A stretch of 64,000 nucleotides of DNA from Mobula birostris (GCF_030028105.1 NC_092390.1:37492777-37556776); one strand, 5' to 3'; shown: positions 1 to 12,192, numbered from the stretch's first letter. Numbers and translations: made by a program. The notes: generated by a model not told the origin, from the letters alone.

Positions 1-3000
1 CCATATCCTGAAAAGGGAGGGTGAGCTGCCAGAAATCATGGTACATATAGGTACTAACGATATAGGTAGAAAAAGGGAGGAGGTCCTGAAGACAGAGTAC
101 AGGAAGTTAGGGAAGAAGCTGAGAAGCAGGAACTCAAGGGTAGTAATCTCAGGATTGCTGCCTGTGCCCCGCGACAGTGAGGATAGGAATAGAATGAGGT
201 GGCGGTTAAATGTGTGGCTGAAGGACTGGAGCAGGGGCAGGGATTCAAATTTCTGGATAATTGGGAACTCTTCTGGCGCAGGTGGGACCTGTACAAAAGG
301 GAGGGGTTGCACTTGAATCCGAGGCAGACCCATTTGCTTGTGGGCAGGTTTGCTAGAGCTGTTGGGAGTGGTTTAAGCTAATATGGCAGGGGAATGGGAA
401 CCAGTATGATGGCAAAGTAGAAGTTAAGGATTGCATTAAAGCCAAGGAAAGGGCATATAATGTAGCAAAACTGAGTAGGAAGTTGGATGATTGAGAAGCA
501 TTTAAAATCCAACAAAAGGCAAATAAAAAGAGCTGTAAGAAGGAAAAGATGAAATATGAGGGCAAACTAGCCAACAATATAAAGTAGGATACCAAAAGTT
601 TTTCAGTTATATAAAGAGTAAGAGGAAGGTGAGAGTTGATATTGGACCACTAGAATATGATGCTGGTGAGGTAGTAATGGGGGATAAAGAAGATGTAGAT
701 AAACTTAATGAGTACTTCGTATCAGTCTTCACTGTGGAAGACACTAGCAGTGTGCCAGAGGTCCATGAGTGTCAAGGAGCAAGAGTGAGTGCCATTGCTA
801 TTACAAAGGAAAAGGTGCTAGACAAACTCAAAGGTCTTAAGGTGGATAAATCACCTGGAGCACATGGACTACATCCCAGAGTCCTGAAAGAGGTTGCTGA
901 ACAGACAACAGAGCCATTGCTCATGATCTTTCAATAATCACTTGATTCTGGCTTGGTCCCAGAGGACTGGAAAATTGCAGATGTCTCTCTACTCTTTAAG
1001 AGGGGAGGAAGACAAAAGAAAGGAAATTATAGGCCAGATAGCCTAATCTCAGTGGTTGGGAAAATGTTGCAGTCCATTATTAAGGATGCAGTTTTGGGAT
1101 ACTTGGAAACTAATAATAAAATAAGCCAAAGTCAGCATGGTTTCTGTAAAGGGAAACCTTAGCTGACAAATCTGTTAAGAGTTCTGCAAGGAAGTAATAA
1201 GCAAGAGAGGTAATGGATGTTATTTACTTGGATTTTCAGAAGGCCTTTGACAAGGTGCCACACATGAAGCTACTTAACAAGATAAAATCCTATGACATTA
1301 CAGAAAAGATACTGGCATGGGCACAGGAATGGCTGACAGGCAGGAGGCAGCAAGTGGGAATAAAAGGGGTCTTTACTGGTTGGCTGTTGGTGACTAGTGG
1401 TGTTCCTTAGGGGTCAGTATTGGGATTGTTAATTTTCACATTGTTTGTTAATGATTTGGATAATGGAATTGATGGCTTTGTGCCAAAGTTTGCGGATGAT
1501 ATGAAGATAGGTGGTGGGGTAGGTAGGGCTGAGGAAACAATACGATTGCAGCAGGACTTAGCCAAATTGGAAGAACAGGCAAAAAGTGACAGCTGGAATA
1601 CAGTGTTGGGAAATGTATGATTATGCATTTTGTTAAAAGGAACAATAGTGCAGACTATTATCTAAATGGGGAGAAGGTTCAAACATCAGAGTTGCAGAGG
1701 GACTTAGGAGTCCTCGTGCAAGACTCCCAGAAGGTTCATTTATAAGTTGAGTCTGTGGTAAAGAAGGCAATGTTGGCAAATGCAATGTTGGCATTTATTT
1801 CAAGGGGAATAGAATATAAAAGCAAGGAGATAATGCTGAGCCTTTATAAGACACTAGTCAGACGGCACTTGGAGTATTGTCAACATTGGGAGGAGGAGAA
1901 GATGGCGACGCGACGCAGCTTGCGCAGCCACTCCGGTGAATGATATCTGTAATCTGTCAAGTAGGGTGCCGTGCACAATTCTGATTTGATAGAGACAGAC
2001 GTGAGAGAACGGAGGAACATCTGGAGAAACTTCTGAAATGCCTTTTTTGCTGCCACTTTTACTGTGTGATCCTGAATCTCCGGAGGGGAAGGCCCCGAAT
2101 CCTTGGCTTTGCTTGTTGCTCGGTGGCTGGGACAGGGTCGAAGCTCTCAGCAGAGATGGTGCTTGGTGCTTGGTGTCGAAGGGCTGGTCGGAGTCTCGAA
2201 GTTTCTGGACGGACTCAGAGTCGGTTGGAGTTGAGTGCGTCCGATGCATTGACAGTTGTTGGTGCCTGAAGATTTATGGCAGAGAGTTTCTCCCTTCTGC
2301 CGCCTACTATCGTGGACTATCGGGAGTCGATCAGAACTTTGAGATTTTTTTTTACTGTTCCCATGGTCTGTTCTTTATCAAATTATGGTATTGCTTGCAC
2401 TGCTGTAACTATATATTATAATTATGTGGTTTTGTCAGTGTTAGTCTTTGGTTTGTCCTTTTTTTTTGTGATATCACTCTGGAGGAACATTGTATCATTT
2501 CTTAATGCATGCATGCATTTCTAAATGACAATAAATTAGGACTGAGTGTCCTCATAATCTAATCTAATTTTTGGCTCCCATATCTCAGAAAGGATGTGTT
2601 GTCATTGGAGAGAGACCAGAGGAAGTTCACAAGGATTGTTCTGGGAATGAAGGGGCTAATATGAGAAGCGGTTGGCAGCTTTAAGCCTGTACTCACCAGA
2701 ATTTAGAAGAATGCAGGGGGATCTCATTGAAACCTATCGAATGTTGAAAGGACTAGATAAGGTGGATGTGGAGAGGATGTTTCCTATGGTGGGGGTATCC
2801 AGAACTAGAGAGCACAGCCTCAAAATTGAGGAACGATCTTTTAGAATAGAGATAAGGTGGATTTTTTTAGTCAGACTAGTGAATCTGTGGAATGCTCTGC
2901 CACAGACTGCGATGGAGGCCACGTCCGTGGGTGTACTTGAAGTGGAAATTAGTTTCCTGATTGGTCAGGGCATCAAAGGATATGGCAAGAAGGCTGGTTT

Positions 3001-3095
3001 ATAGGGTTGAGTGGGATCCAGGATCAGCCATGATGGAATAGTGGAGCAGACTTGATGGATTGAATGGCCTAATTCTGCTCCTATGTCTTATGGTC
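1..3095 (+). mobile_element. CR1 LINE, degenerate and internally deleted (ORF1 esterase end, ORF2 RT, 3' end), interrupted at ~1888-2566
   Basis: VHIGTNDIG...VVISGLLPVP (SGNH/GDSL-like ORF1); KSPG-GLHPRVLKE, PEDWKIA, NYRP-SL-SVVGK, SQHGF, YLDFQKAFDKVPH, SGVP, KFADD; CR1-type 3' end aatggcctaattctgctcctatgtcttatgg. Confidence 0.95.
1888..2566 (+). mobile_element. Non-autonomous retroposon (CpG-rich head, Rex1-like 3' tail ending (AATCT)n) inserted in CR1
   Basis: Splits the CR1 coding run gagtattgtcaaca|tttttggctccca; starts gggaggaggagaagatggcg and ends aatgacaataaa...taatctaatctaa. Confidence 0.7.
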
Positions 3096-3099
3096 ATAT

Positions 3100-3592
3100 A
3101 TATTTAAATGAAAGAATAGATAAAATACTATTAATACTATTACAGTACTATAGAACTGTGCATTACTTCCTAATATTTATCGATGAAGGAATTCAGTGTG
3201 CACTGGTTGACTGTAAGTGAACAAAATCAGCATAGACACCTTGTGCAGATAATGGACTGCCTCAGACAATGCTATCATCCAAATCTTCATTTTCATTGTA
3301 ACATTCAAGATGATTGTAGATACCTTCAAATTCCTTGCAGTTCCTAAATTGGTATAGTAGTGAAACTGTTTTATTTTCACGCTCTGGCAATTTCTGGCAC
3401 CTCCAAGCCTGAGTGCTTGAAACCACAGTGAGTAAAAAGTTCCGAATTGTCTTACTGCTAACTTCTCGCAAACTATCAGTGGCAAAAATCACTGCTTTTT
3501 GAATATAAATGCACACAACTGACGCTATTTAAAAATTGTTCCGTCTAAGCACAGTGTTGTATCTAACGGCCACACAAGAGCGAGTGATTTGA
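3100..3592 (+). mobile_element. Internal fragment of the Tigger/pogo-like non-autonomous element also at 23911 and 38535
   Basis: Shares blocks (caaaaatcactgctttttgaa, tctaagcacagtgt, ttcattttcattgtaacattcaagatgattg) with 23911-25180 and with the reverse complement of 38535-39578. Confidence 0.8.
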
Positions 3593-4544
3593 TGTGGACT
3601 TTGTTTATTAGGGAAGGCAAGTGAAGCAGGTGAGGGTTGGTATTTCAAGATGTCATCACTTATCTTTATGTGTGAAGTCATCAAGCACTTCTCAGCTTCT
3701 CACAATAACAATCACAGCTAAGTCTTCTCCCTACACTTTGTCATTTGACTGGACAGACTCCTGATTCGATGAGATACTTTGAGATTCGTTAAGCAGTGCT
3801 ACATACTTTCAGGCAAGCACTTTGCAAGGGCTTCCACTCCAACAAGACTAGCCTCTCTGATCAGAGCTCCAGAATAATTTAAAGTAGCCACAAAACTCTA
3901 AGATACACTACTTTCTTTTCTAATTTAATTAAATTGAGCACTAAAGTACCACAACAAAATACATTTTAACTCATCTTAAATATTTTATTATTAATTTATT
4001 TATTCATAATGGATTTATTCATAATATTTAAGTATAAACATTTCCTAAACTCCATACATTTCCTATACATGCCACAAGGGAGAAACAAACATTCATTTTT
4101 ATTAATACCCTGCAAGCAATTCCAAACATAACAAACAAAGGCTCAAAGAAGTCAAATTTGAGACAGCGGTCAACAAGGAGTGTGAGATTAATTTTTTTTA
4201 AATCCCGTCCTTTAATCTTCTAATGTAGCTTTGTCATATTTTTAAACGTGGACTTACATTTCCTAAATACTTTCCATTCATAACACTTTAAACAATGGAA
4301 CATATTAAGTAGGTATGCGCCAGTTCATGAATGAACCGGGAAGCAATAAATAATTTGTACAGCATAAGTGTCAGGTAATAACCATTTACCAGAAGTCTAT
4401 CTTGGTATTCAACAGTTTTTCCATCATCAGATCTTCTATAACAACATCCTCAGGGTCATGGTTCACCAGAAACTTGGCCCTACCAGGCTCAGAGTCAGGT
4501 TACTCTGAGTGACTCACTTCCTGACTTCTCAAAACTTTTCATTT

Positions 4545-6090
4545 CATCAGTTTATAGAGCATGCAAACAGGTCTTTCCGCTCAAATACGAGGAAATCTGC
4601 AGATGCTGGAATTTCAAGCAACAGACATAAAAGTTGCTGGTGAACGCAGCAGGTCAGGCAGCATCTCTAGGAAGAGGTACTGTCAACGTTTCGGGTGAGA
4701 CGTCAACTGTACCTCTTCCTAGAGACGCTGCCTGGCCTGCTGCGTTCACCAACAACTTTTATGTGTGTTGTTTTCAGCCCAAATGATCTATGCCGACCAT
4801 AGCATCCTCTCTACTATTCCCAGTTGCTCAGGTTCAGCCCATAACCCTCCATGCACCCCCCACCCATGTAGCTACTCAATTGCATCTTAAATTTTGCAAT
4901 TGTTCCTTCCTTGGCCATTTCCTCTGGTAGCTCATTCCAGGTACTCACTATCCTCTCTGTAAATTTATCTCTCAGATCTCCTTTAAATGACTCCCATTTT
5001 GTTTTAATATCTGTGTCCACTTGTTTTGGACTCCCCAACTCTGGGGAAAAGACAATGATTGATGACTTTCTAGATACCCCTCATGGTTTTATAAATGTTT
5101 ACCCCTCATGTTTTTATAAATGTTTACCCCTCATTCTCCATCGTTCCAAGGAATAAAGATCCAGTGTAGCCGACCTCTCCCTGTAACTCAAGCACTCTAG
5201 TCCAGGCAACATCCTCTTAATCTCTTCTGTACTCTCTCCAGCTTCTCTCTTTCCTATAACAAGGTGACCAAACGGTACACAATACTCCAATTGCAGTCTC
5301 ACCAATGACTTACCTAACTGCAAAATACTCTACTCTTAAACTCAAGACCCTGACTAATGAAAGCTAGCATGGCTAAATGCCTTCTTTATCACCCTGTCTA
5401 CTTGAATGGTATGCACTCATACTCCCAGATCCCTCTGTTCCACAACACACTCCTCAGTGCCCTGCCAGTCACTGTATTGTTCATACCCTGGTTGGAATGT
5501 CCTAAATGCTTCACCTTACACTTATCCATGTTGAAATCCACTTGCCATTCCTCAGCACATTTCCCGAACATTGTAATTCACTATAACCTGCTTCACATTC
5601 AACAAGTCCCACTAATTCAGCATCATCAGCAAACTTGCAAATCACACCATGTGCATGCAATTCCAAATCATTTCCCTAAATAATGAATAACTGAGGTGCA
5701 AGAACTGACCCTGGGACATCCCACTTGTCGGAGATTTGACCTTCAACCATCACCCTCTACTTCCTATCATGGAGCCAATACCCAATCCACTTCACTAGCA
5801 TCCCTAAATCCCATGCAATCTAATCTTGTCTATCAGTTTGTTAAGCAGGACTTCTTTGACAACCTTACTAAAGTCCATATAAGGTGGCATCCATTGCCCT
5901 ACTTTCATCAAACCTCTCGGCAACTTCTTCAAAAACTCAAAAAAATTCATTAGCCAACCTCCCATGCACAAAACTATGTTGATCATTCCTGATCTAGCCT
6001 TGACTTTCCAAGTAATTGAAGATCCTGTCCTTCAGAATTCCTTCTACTAACTTCCTACAATGATGTCAGGCTCACCAGCCTTTAGTTCCT
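4545..6090 (-). mobile_element. Old CR1 LINE fragment
   Basis: Minus-strand ORF pieces LVRLQLEYC, YMDFSKV, WNELPEE; CR1-type 3' end near 4550. Confidence 0.85.
4583..4772. mobile_element. Penelope-like pLTR-derived palindromic insertion
   Basis: acataaaagttgctggtgaacgcagcagg...aggaagaggtac followed by its own reverse complement; same family as 24117-24737 and 37676-37759. Confidence 0.8.
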
Positions 6091-8210
6091 TCAAGGTATT
6101 CCTTTGTCTGGATGAGTACAGTGTCAACAATGCTCAAAAAGCTCCACCCTCACATGAGACAAAGTGAACCATTTGATCAGCACTCAGTTCAAAATCCCCA
6201 AGGCTCTCTTGCTGTCTGTCAGTATAATGCTATTGCATTCTGGGTGCACCACTTCGGCAATCCAAGGGTTCTCAAGTAGATCTTCCCAAGCACACAAGTT
6301 TTATCACATAGGAAGGCAAACACATGGGCACAATGTAACCTCCAACTTGCAAACATTCCTGATTTGAAATTGTCCCTTTACTGTCATGGAAGCAAAATAT
6401 TGGTGTCCATCTGAGCAGCAGAGAGGAAGTACATTTTATTATATAGAGTGCAGCAGCCCACGAAGGCAGCTTGGCACAGGCAACTTCTCAGGGGCAATTA
6501 GGGTAGTAAATGCTGAACTTGGTAGCAGCATCCATGTCTCTTGAATATAAAAACTTCTGCAATGTGACCCGATTGATCGTCAGTGCACAGACATCCATTC
6601 TATGCAGAAAGGGCCAGTCAGCAAAACATAGTAACTGATCTTTGTTTCATACCCCCACTCATACTGAAAACTGCCTGTGATAGTTAATACTTTATGCTGC
6701 CTTACTGGGATTTTAATTAAGATGAAGTCAAGTTTCAGGAATGACAAATGCCTATTTGCAAAACATACAATAAGCAGTCTATTCGTTAATAAATGGCAGG
6801 AGTTGCATGGATTTCCAGTTTTTATATTTTATTAATAATAACATACATTAACAATAAAAATTGAATGCCTTTTTTCATAAGTCGATGTACAGCAATTGAA
6901 AACAGCTTTGCCTAAAAGGCTCAATAAATAACTAGTTGAAATTCACAAAGAGTTTGCACTACTGTACAGACATGATTAGAGCCTTCTTTTGGGAGAAACA
7001 TAATGCTTGCAAAGCAGAGAGCATGTGGTCTACAGTGAATTACAGGCAAGTTGCAACATTAAGTTAGTTTGAATGCTACATTCATTTCAATAAAGAAAGG
7101 TTCCTCACATGCATAGGTATCAAGAATAATACTTAAAGCATATCCGAAGTATTATGATAACATTTGAAAAAAAAGAATGATTGCATTTAAATAACTTTCA
7201 CCATTTTGGAATATATCCAAAGTGTATTAGGGTAATTGAAATACTTTTGAAGCACAGTCAAGCAAGGGCTCAACAAATAATAATTTGATAACAACCACAT
7301 TAATTCAGAAAACTGAAGAATTCACAGACTGATAAAGAATGAGTACTGGGTGACATTAATCATAAAAAAAAAATCAGAAGTGGCTGGATAAATCGGAAAG
7401 ATTAATAAGTTTCATTACAAAGTAGATAATTGGCTCATGTATACTGAGCTATTGGAACAGTACTTTGAAGCAAATTAAATAACCAATGAGAAACAAGTAG
7501 TAATTTTGCTAAGTGCATTCGGGTTAAAGGCATACAGTTTGCTTCAAAGTTTAACTGCTTCAACCAAACCATCAGAAATTAGCTTTGCAGCTAGTATAAA
7601 AGTGTTGCAGGAACACTTAGAACCCAAGCCATTGTCGATTGCAGAATGCCTCAGGTTTCATAAGTAGAAATAAAAAGTAGGGGAGTCCATTTCAGTAAAC
7701 ATGGCTGAATTGAAGAGATTGCCTGAGCATTTTCAGATTGGTGAAGGGCTTAATGATGCACTAAGGGATCATTTAGTTTCTGGACTCTTACAAGAAAGCA
7801 TTCAAAATCAGCTCCTAACAGAAGCACAGCTTAAATTCAAACGAGCAGTGGAAAACACTGTTTCAATGGAAACCGCAGAGAAGCAATTGAGTTGCAGTCA
7901 GAAATGAAAGTATGCATGAATAAAACTGCAATGTCTAAACAGAAACTGGCCTGGCTGACAAATTGTGTTACTATTGTTACAGGGGCTCATGAACACCGAA
8001 CAAATGCGGATTTAAAGGTGAGATTTGCAGAAAATTCAACAAGTAGAACACATACAGAGACTATACTGGGAAGACGAAAATAAATGGACTACACAGGGAA
8101 GAGAAAAAGATAAAAGTTCAAGTTGCACTTTCAGAAAGAGCACTAATCTGCACGCTGGTAATGAAAAATCTGATAATGATGACAGTGACACAGAATTGTA
8201 TAGCCTAGAA

Positions 8211-8988
8211 CAGCGGTACCCAACCACCGGGCCGCAAAGCATGTGCTACCGGGCCATGAGGAAACGATACGAGTCAGCTGGACCTTTCCTCATTCCCTGT
8301 CATGCACTGTTGAACTTGAACATAGGGTTGCCAACTGTCCCATATTTGCAGGGACATCCCGTATATTGGGCTAAATTGGTTTGTCCCATATGGGACCGCC
8401 CTTGTCCCATATTTCCCCCGCTAAGGTAGAGCGTTCCTATGAAACCTTTCATGCTGAAATGGCATAAAGTGAAGAAGCAATTACCATTTACTTATATGGA
8501 AAAAATTTTTGAGCGTTCCCAGACCCAAAAAAACAACCTACCAAATCATAACAAATAACACATAAAACCGAAAATAAGTAACACTAACATATAGTAAAAG
8601 CAGAAATGATATGATAAATACACAGCCTATATAAAGTAGAAATAATGTATGTACAGTATTGAAAGCAAAACCGATTTGTGGGGAAAAAAATCGGCACATA
8701 CGCGCATGCACACATCACATGCGCAAGTCACGCATGCGCACACAGGTGCCCACACAAGGCTTCATGGTCATGGTAGTCTTTCCTGGGACAAACACAAGTG
8801 TCCTGGGATTTGACTGTTACTTTTGTCCCTTATTTGGGAGTGAGAAAGTTGGCAACCCTAACTGTAAAAGACATGTTGAGGTGAGTTTAACCCTACTTGA
8901 ACACCCCACCCCCCACCAGTCGGCCGGTCCGCAAGAATATTGTCAATATTAAGCCGGTCCGCGGTGCAAAAACGGTTGGGGACCCCTG
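8211..8988. mobile_element. hAT (Charlie-like) non-autonomous DNA element
   Basis: TIRs cagcggtacccaacc / ggttggggacccctg; perfect 8-bp TSD gcctagaa at 8203-8210 and 8989-8996. Confidence 0.9.
8323..8895. mobile_element. Second hAT element (TAGGG termini) nested in the first
   Basis: tagggttgccaact at 8323 and its perfect inverse agttggcaacccta at 8847-8860; 8-bp TSD cttgaaca at 8315-8322 and 8896-8903. Confidence 0.8.
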
Positions 8989-9359
8989 GCCTAGAACTCA
9001 TTCCACAACATGAGTTTGAACAGCATTTCAAAGATACCAAACTGAAGCCTGCAGATATCCAACTAAGAACTTACACTAGAGAAAAGATAACTCCTATGGG
9101 AATGATTCATAACAGTAAAACGGAACAAGAAACAAGCCACATTGAGCTTGTATGTGGTAAAAACAGGAAGACCAGCATTGTAGGGACCTGAATGGCTGAG
9201 ACATCTACAACTTGATAGGAGGTGCATCCACCAATTGCATGCCACATCCCCGGCAATGAAGCTAACTGAAAGAGAATTAAGGAAGTACTGGATGATGCCA
9301 AAACTGTTTCCATGCTGACCACACTGAACTGTTCTCCAACAGAGGACAAACAGCGGTAG

Positions 9360-10018
9360 GTGCCAGCCTCTGAGCCTCTGGTTGGAAAGCATATTGGACC
9401 AAGGAAGGACCATGTTGATCAGAAGATTTGTGAAAGTGGAGAAGTCAGCGGGCCAACTACAACAGTTTTCATAGGCAATATATCTGAGAAAGCTTCTGAT
9501 ATGTTAATCATGCAGTTACATACAAAATGTGGCTTGTTTTAAGTTGGAAGAGTATTCAAGGAGGTTCAGGAAAGTTGCACGCATTCCACTTTTGTGAGTA
9601 TAAAGAACCAAAATCTATTCTGTGTGCATGAAGGTTATTGCATGAACTTCATCAGGGAGACAAAAAGCTGCTTGTAAAAGTAGATGCAAAGACCAAAGCC
9701 CAGCTGGATGAATGGAAGGCCAAGAAGAAAGGAGTCAATGGAGATATGAAAACAGAGGTTTTTATCAGATGATGCTGCAGATGGGGTAACCAAGAGGAGA
9801 GATCAGATCATAAAGTGAGAAATAGACAAAATAATAAGAGAATACTCCAATGAACTGAATGCACCTGCCCAAGATCCGGATGCACAAATAGAAACAAAAA
9901 GGAGGGAAGAGATAGAAAGAAAGAATGTGAATGAGAAAGAGACTGGTGTGAAAGAGAGAAGGAATGTGAGAAAAAAAAGGATTCAAAGTAGATCCAGAGA
10001 GAGAAAAGATGAAGAAAG
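9360..10018 (+). pseudogene. RBM25: Processed (intronless) RBM25 fragment inside the Gypsy element: RRM, linker and part of the RE/RD-rich region
   Basis: Across two frameshifts: VGKHIGPRKDH...GPTTTVFIGNISEKASDMLIMQLHTKCGL / LSWKSIQGGSGKLHAFHFCEYKEPKSILCA*RLLHELHQGDKKLLVKVDAKTKAQLDEWKAKKK / TKRRDQIIK*EIDKIIREYSNELNAP, collinear with vertebrate RBM25 as I recall it; contains stops and frameshifts, no introns. Confidence 0.92.
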
Positions 10019-10420
10019 ATGTCCCTAGCTGTTAGATGACTTTCTGTTTTCTCAGAGTCAACTCCCACAACTATCACAGAGGGGGTCCTAGAATATGAGA
10101 TTGTTTCACAGCCACAAGCCTCACCTGCCAAGCAGAGTGATCTCCCTTGTCAGGAAAGATGTTATCCCACAAGAGTAAGACATCCTCAACAGCAATTAAA
10201 TCTTTAGGCCTGAATGGGACAATTTAAAATTTACTATGCTGTGGATGCCTGCAAATAGTAGTTGTTTTATATAGTTGAGATGCATTCTCTATTGAATTGG
10301 AGTTTATAGCTAAGTGGGGAGGAGTGTTGTATTAGTAATATTTTAATAATTTGAGTAATCTTGTATGTATATTATTTGATTAAGGATTCTTGTTCATGTA
10401 AATAATTATGGATTATATGC

Positions 10421-10980
10421 CTTTTGGTGACATCCGTTAGTCTTGCAAGACCATGGATCTGCGCCTGGATTTCCCCAGGGCACAGGCCTGGGCAAGGTTG
10501 TATGGAAGACCGGCAGTTGCCCCTGCAGCAAGTCTCCCCTCTCCACGACATCGATGTTGTCCAAGGGAAGGGCAACAGCCAATACAGCTTGGCACCGGTG
10601 TCATCGCGGGAGTTGGCAAAACGAGGTTGACTCCAGCTCCAGGTTTGTCCTCAGGGTTCACCCCCAAAGCCTTTCCCATGAGTGGGTATGGCCGCAAGGC
10701 AGCGGAGGGTTCAAATCAGAGTTTTCCCTCCCTTAAATGGACTGCCTTCCCAGGCTGACGAACTCCACCTACCCAAAGCACTGGTTTTAAGGAGCCAGGA
10801 CCCACCTTTGCCCCTTCTCCTATCAGTAGAAACAGTTCCACCGGGCTTAGAGGCTAAGCCACACAAGAAGGCCAGGAGTTGGACTTGGTTGTAGGAGGCT
10901 AGTTGAGGCGTGTGCCATGAGGAGCACTTTTAGGTAATGGGAGCTTGTCCCCATTACCACACCTCGGCTTGACAACCTTG
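10421..10980 (-). mobile_element. Non-autonomous RTE-clade-derived retroposon inserted in the Gypsy 3' LTR
   Basis: GC-rich block interrupting the AT-rich LTR; minus strand has the RTE 5'UTR-like motif ggcagtccatttaagggagggaaaactctgatttgaacc; no credible ORF. Confidence 0.6.
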
Positions 10981-12192
10981 TAAACATATGTTAATTGCAT
11001 CACTTGATATGTGCATGTCTCACTTACAGTAAACTCGAACTACACCCATATTTTCAGACTCCTGTGAGTTTCTTTGAATTACTTTAATGTTTTGAAGTTA
11101 CAAAACAGAACAATGTTCGCCTGAGTCTGGGCAATCTCTCCTTTGAATACAGGCATTTGACAGTTCAGCACTCCCTGAATCCAAAATACACAAATCTGCT
11201 TTTTGTAGTTCTTTCTAAAATAAGTGTGAAATGCATCTCAATATGCACATTTAAAATCAACATAACTGAGCCTTACTGTATTAGAAAGGTCTGAAACAAA
11301 AACACCACATAAGGATACAACTGAAACAATTTTAGCTCAACAAGATATGATCCAGAAGACACTGCCTGAAAAGTGTGGTAAAATCAGATTAAAAGGTAAC
11401 CACTTCTCAAGAGAATGGAGAATAGGTGGAGTATGTCAATGGAAATAAAATCTAGGCAGTGGAATGAAAAGAGGAATAGAAATATTAGCTGCAGTTCCAC
11501 TAGAACTGGGCTGAGCTATGCTGTATGATTCAATACACCACCGGGGTCTGAGGTATGCAATTTAAAATAATTTAACTAGAGTATCAGCACTAACATGCAG
11601 AAATCCAAAATTATGAAAATATGTAGATCTGTCAATGGCCACTGGACTTCAGTTGACCTACCCGTTGTTACAATTCCTTCTCACTGGCCCCTTCTTGCTT
11701 TCTTTAAGCACACACAAATTATCTGGCATTTTTTTTAAACAAGGTGACCTTTTGTAAGGAATCAGTTCTATCTTGGGACACAAACTGAAACTGAAAGGAG
11801 GAATCATCCATTTAAGTTCAAGGCCTCAATTAAAGTTCACAATACCCAATGCCAATGGGGACAACGTAGAAGGAGGCTGGTGGCAATGGGAGAAATTTTA
11901 TTTACTTTATTTAGATGAGAATGACATTGGCTGCCTTTTCTCATTGATGTATCTGGGAATAAATGGCTCAGTCAAAATGATTTGAATGACATCAACAGAT
12001 CATATTCATTCATATTGGGAATCCACGTAAAGTTAAAATTATAAAATCAAAAAATAAATAGGAATACATCTTCCCTTGTTACTTTTCAAAGACTCTGCAA
12101 TCAGCATTGAAAGTTATGGAGTCATGGATCCTTTGTTAAATCAATATGATGCAGGACCCAGCACCTGATTGCCTTGTGTCAATGCACAATAC

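Larger units (their letters stand above)
7340..11112 (+). mobile_element. Gypsy (Mag-like) LTR retrotransposon, non-autonomous: gag, protease remnant, captured RBM25 fragment, pol 3' tail, PPT, 3' LTR; 5' LTR missing
   Basis: gag from 7380 (WLMYTELLEQYFEAN...HLEPKPLSIAE-LRFHK...GESIS--MAELKRL...LNDALRDHLVSGL) with decayed twin CCHC knuckles ~7960-8070; protease-end residues 8997-9300; pol tail SPAKQSDLPCQERCYPTRVRHPQQQLNL* ~10120-10207; PPT aagtggggaggag 10312-10324; LTR TG(10325)...CA(11112). Confidence 0.88.

Noticed and set aside
5076-5135. 25-bp tandem repeat (similar short duplications at ~29893-29931, 40627-40674 and 52317-52362)
   Set aside because: Ordinary slippage duplications with 2-2.5 units and no further structure.
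9360-10018. A functional RBM25 gene or paralogue
   Set aside because: Partial, frameshifted, contains in-frame stops and is embedded in an LTR element.
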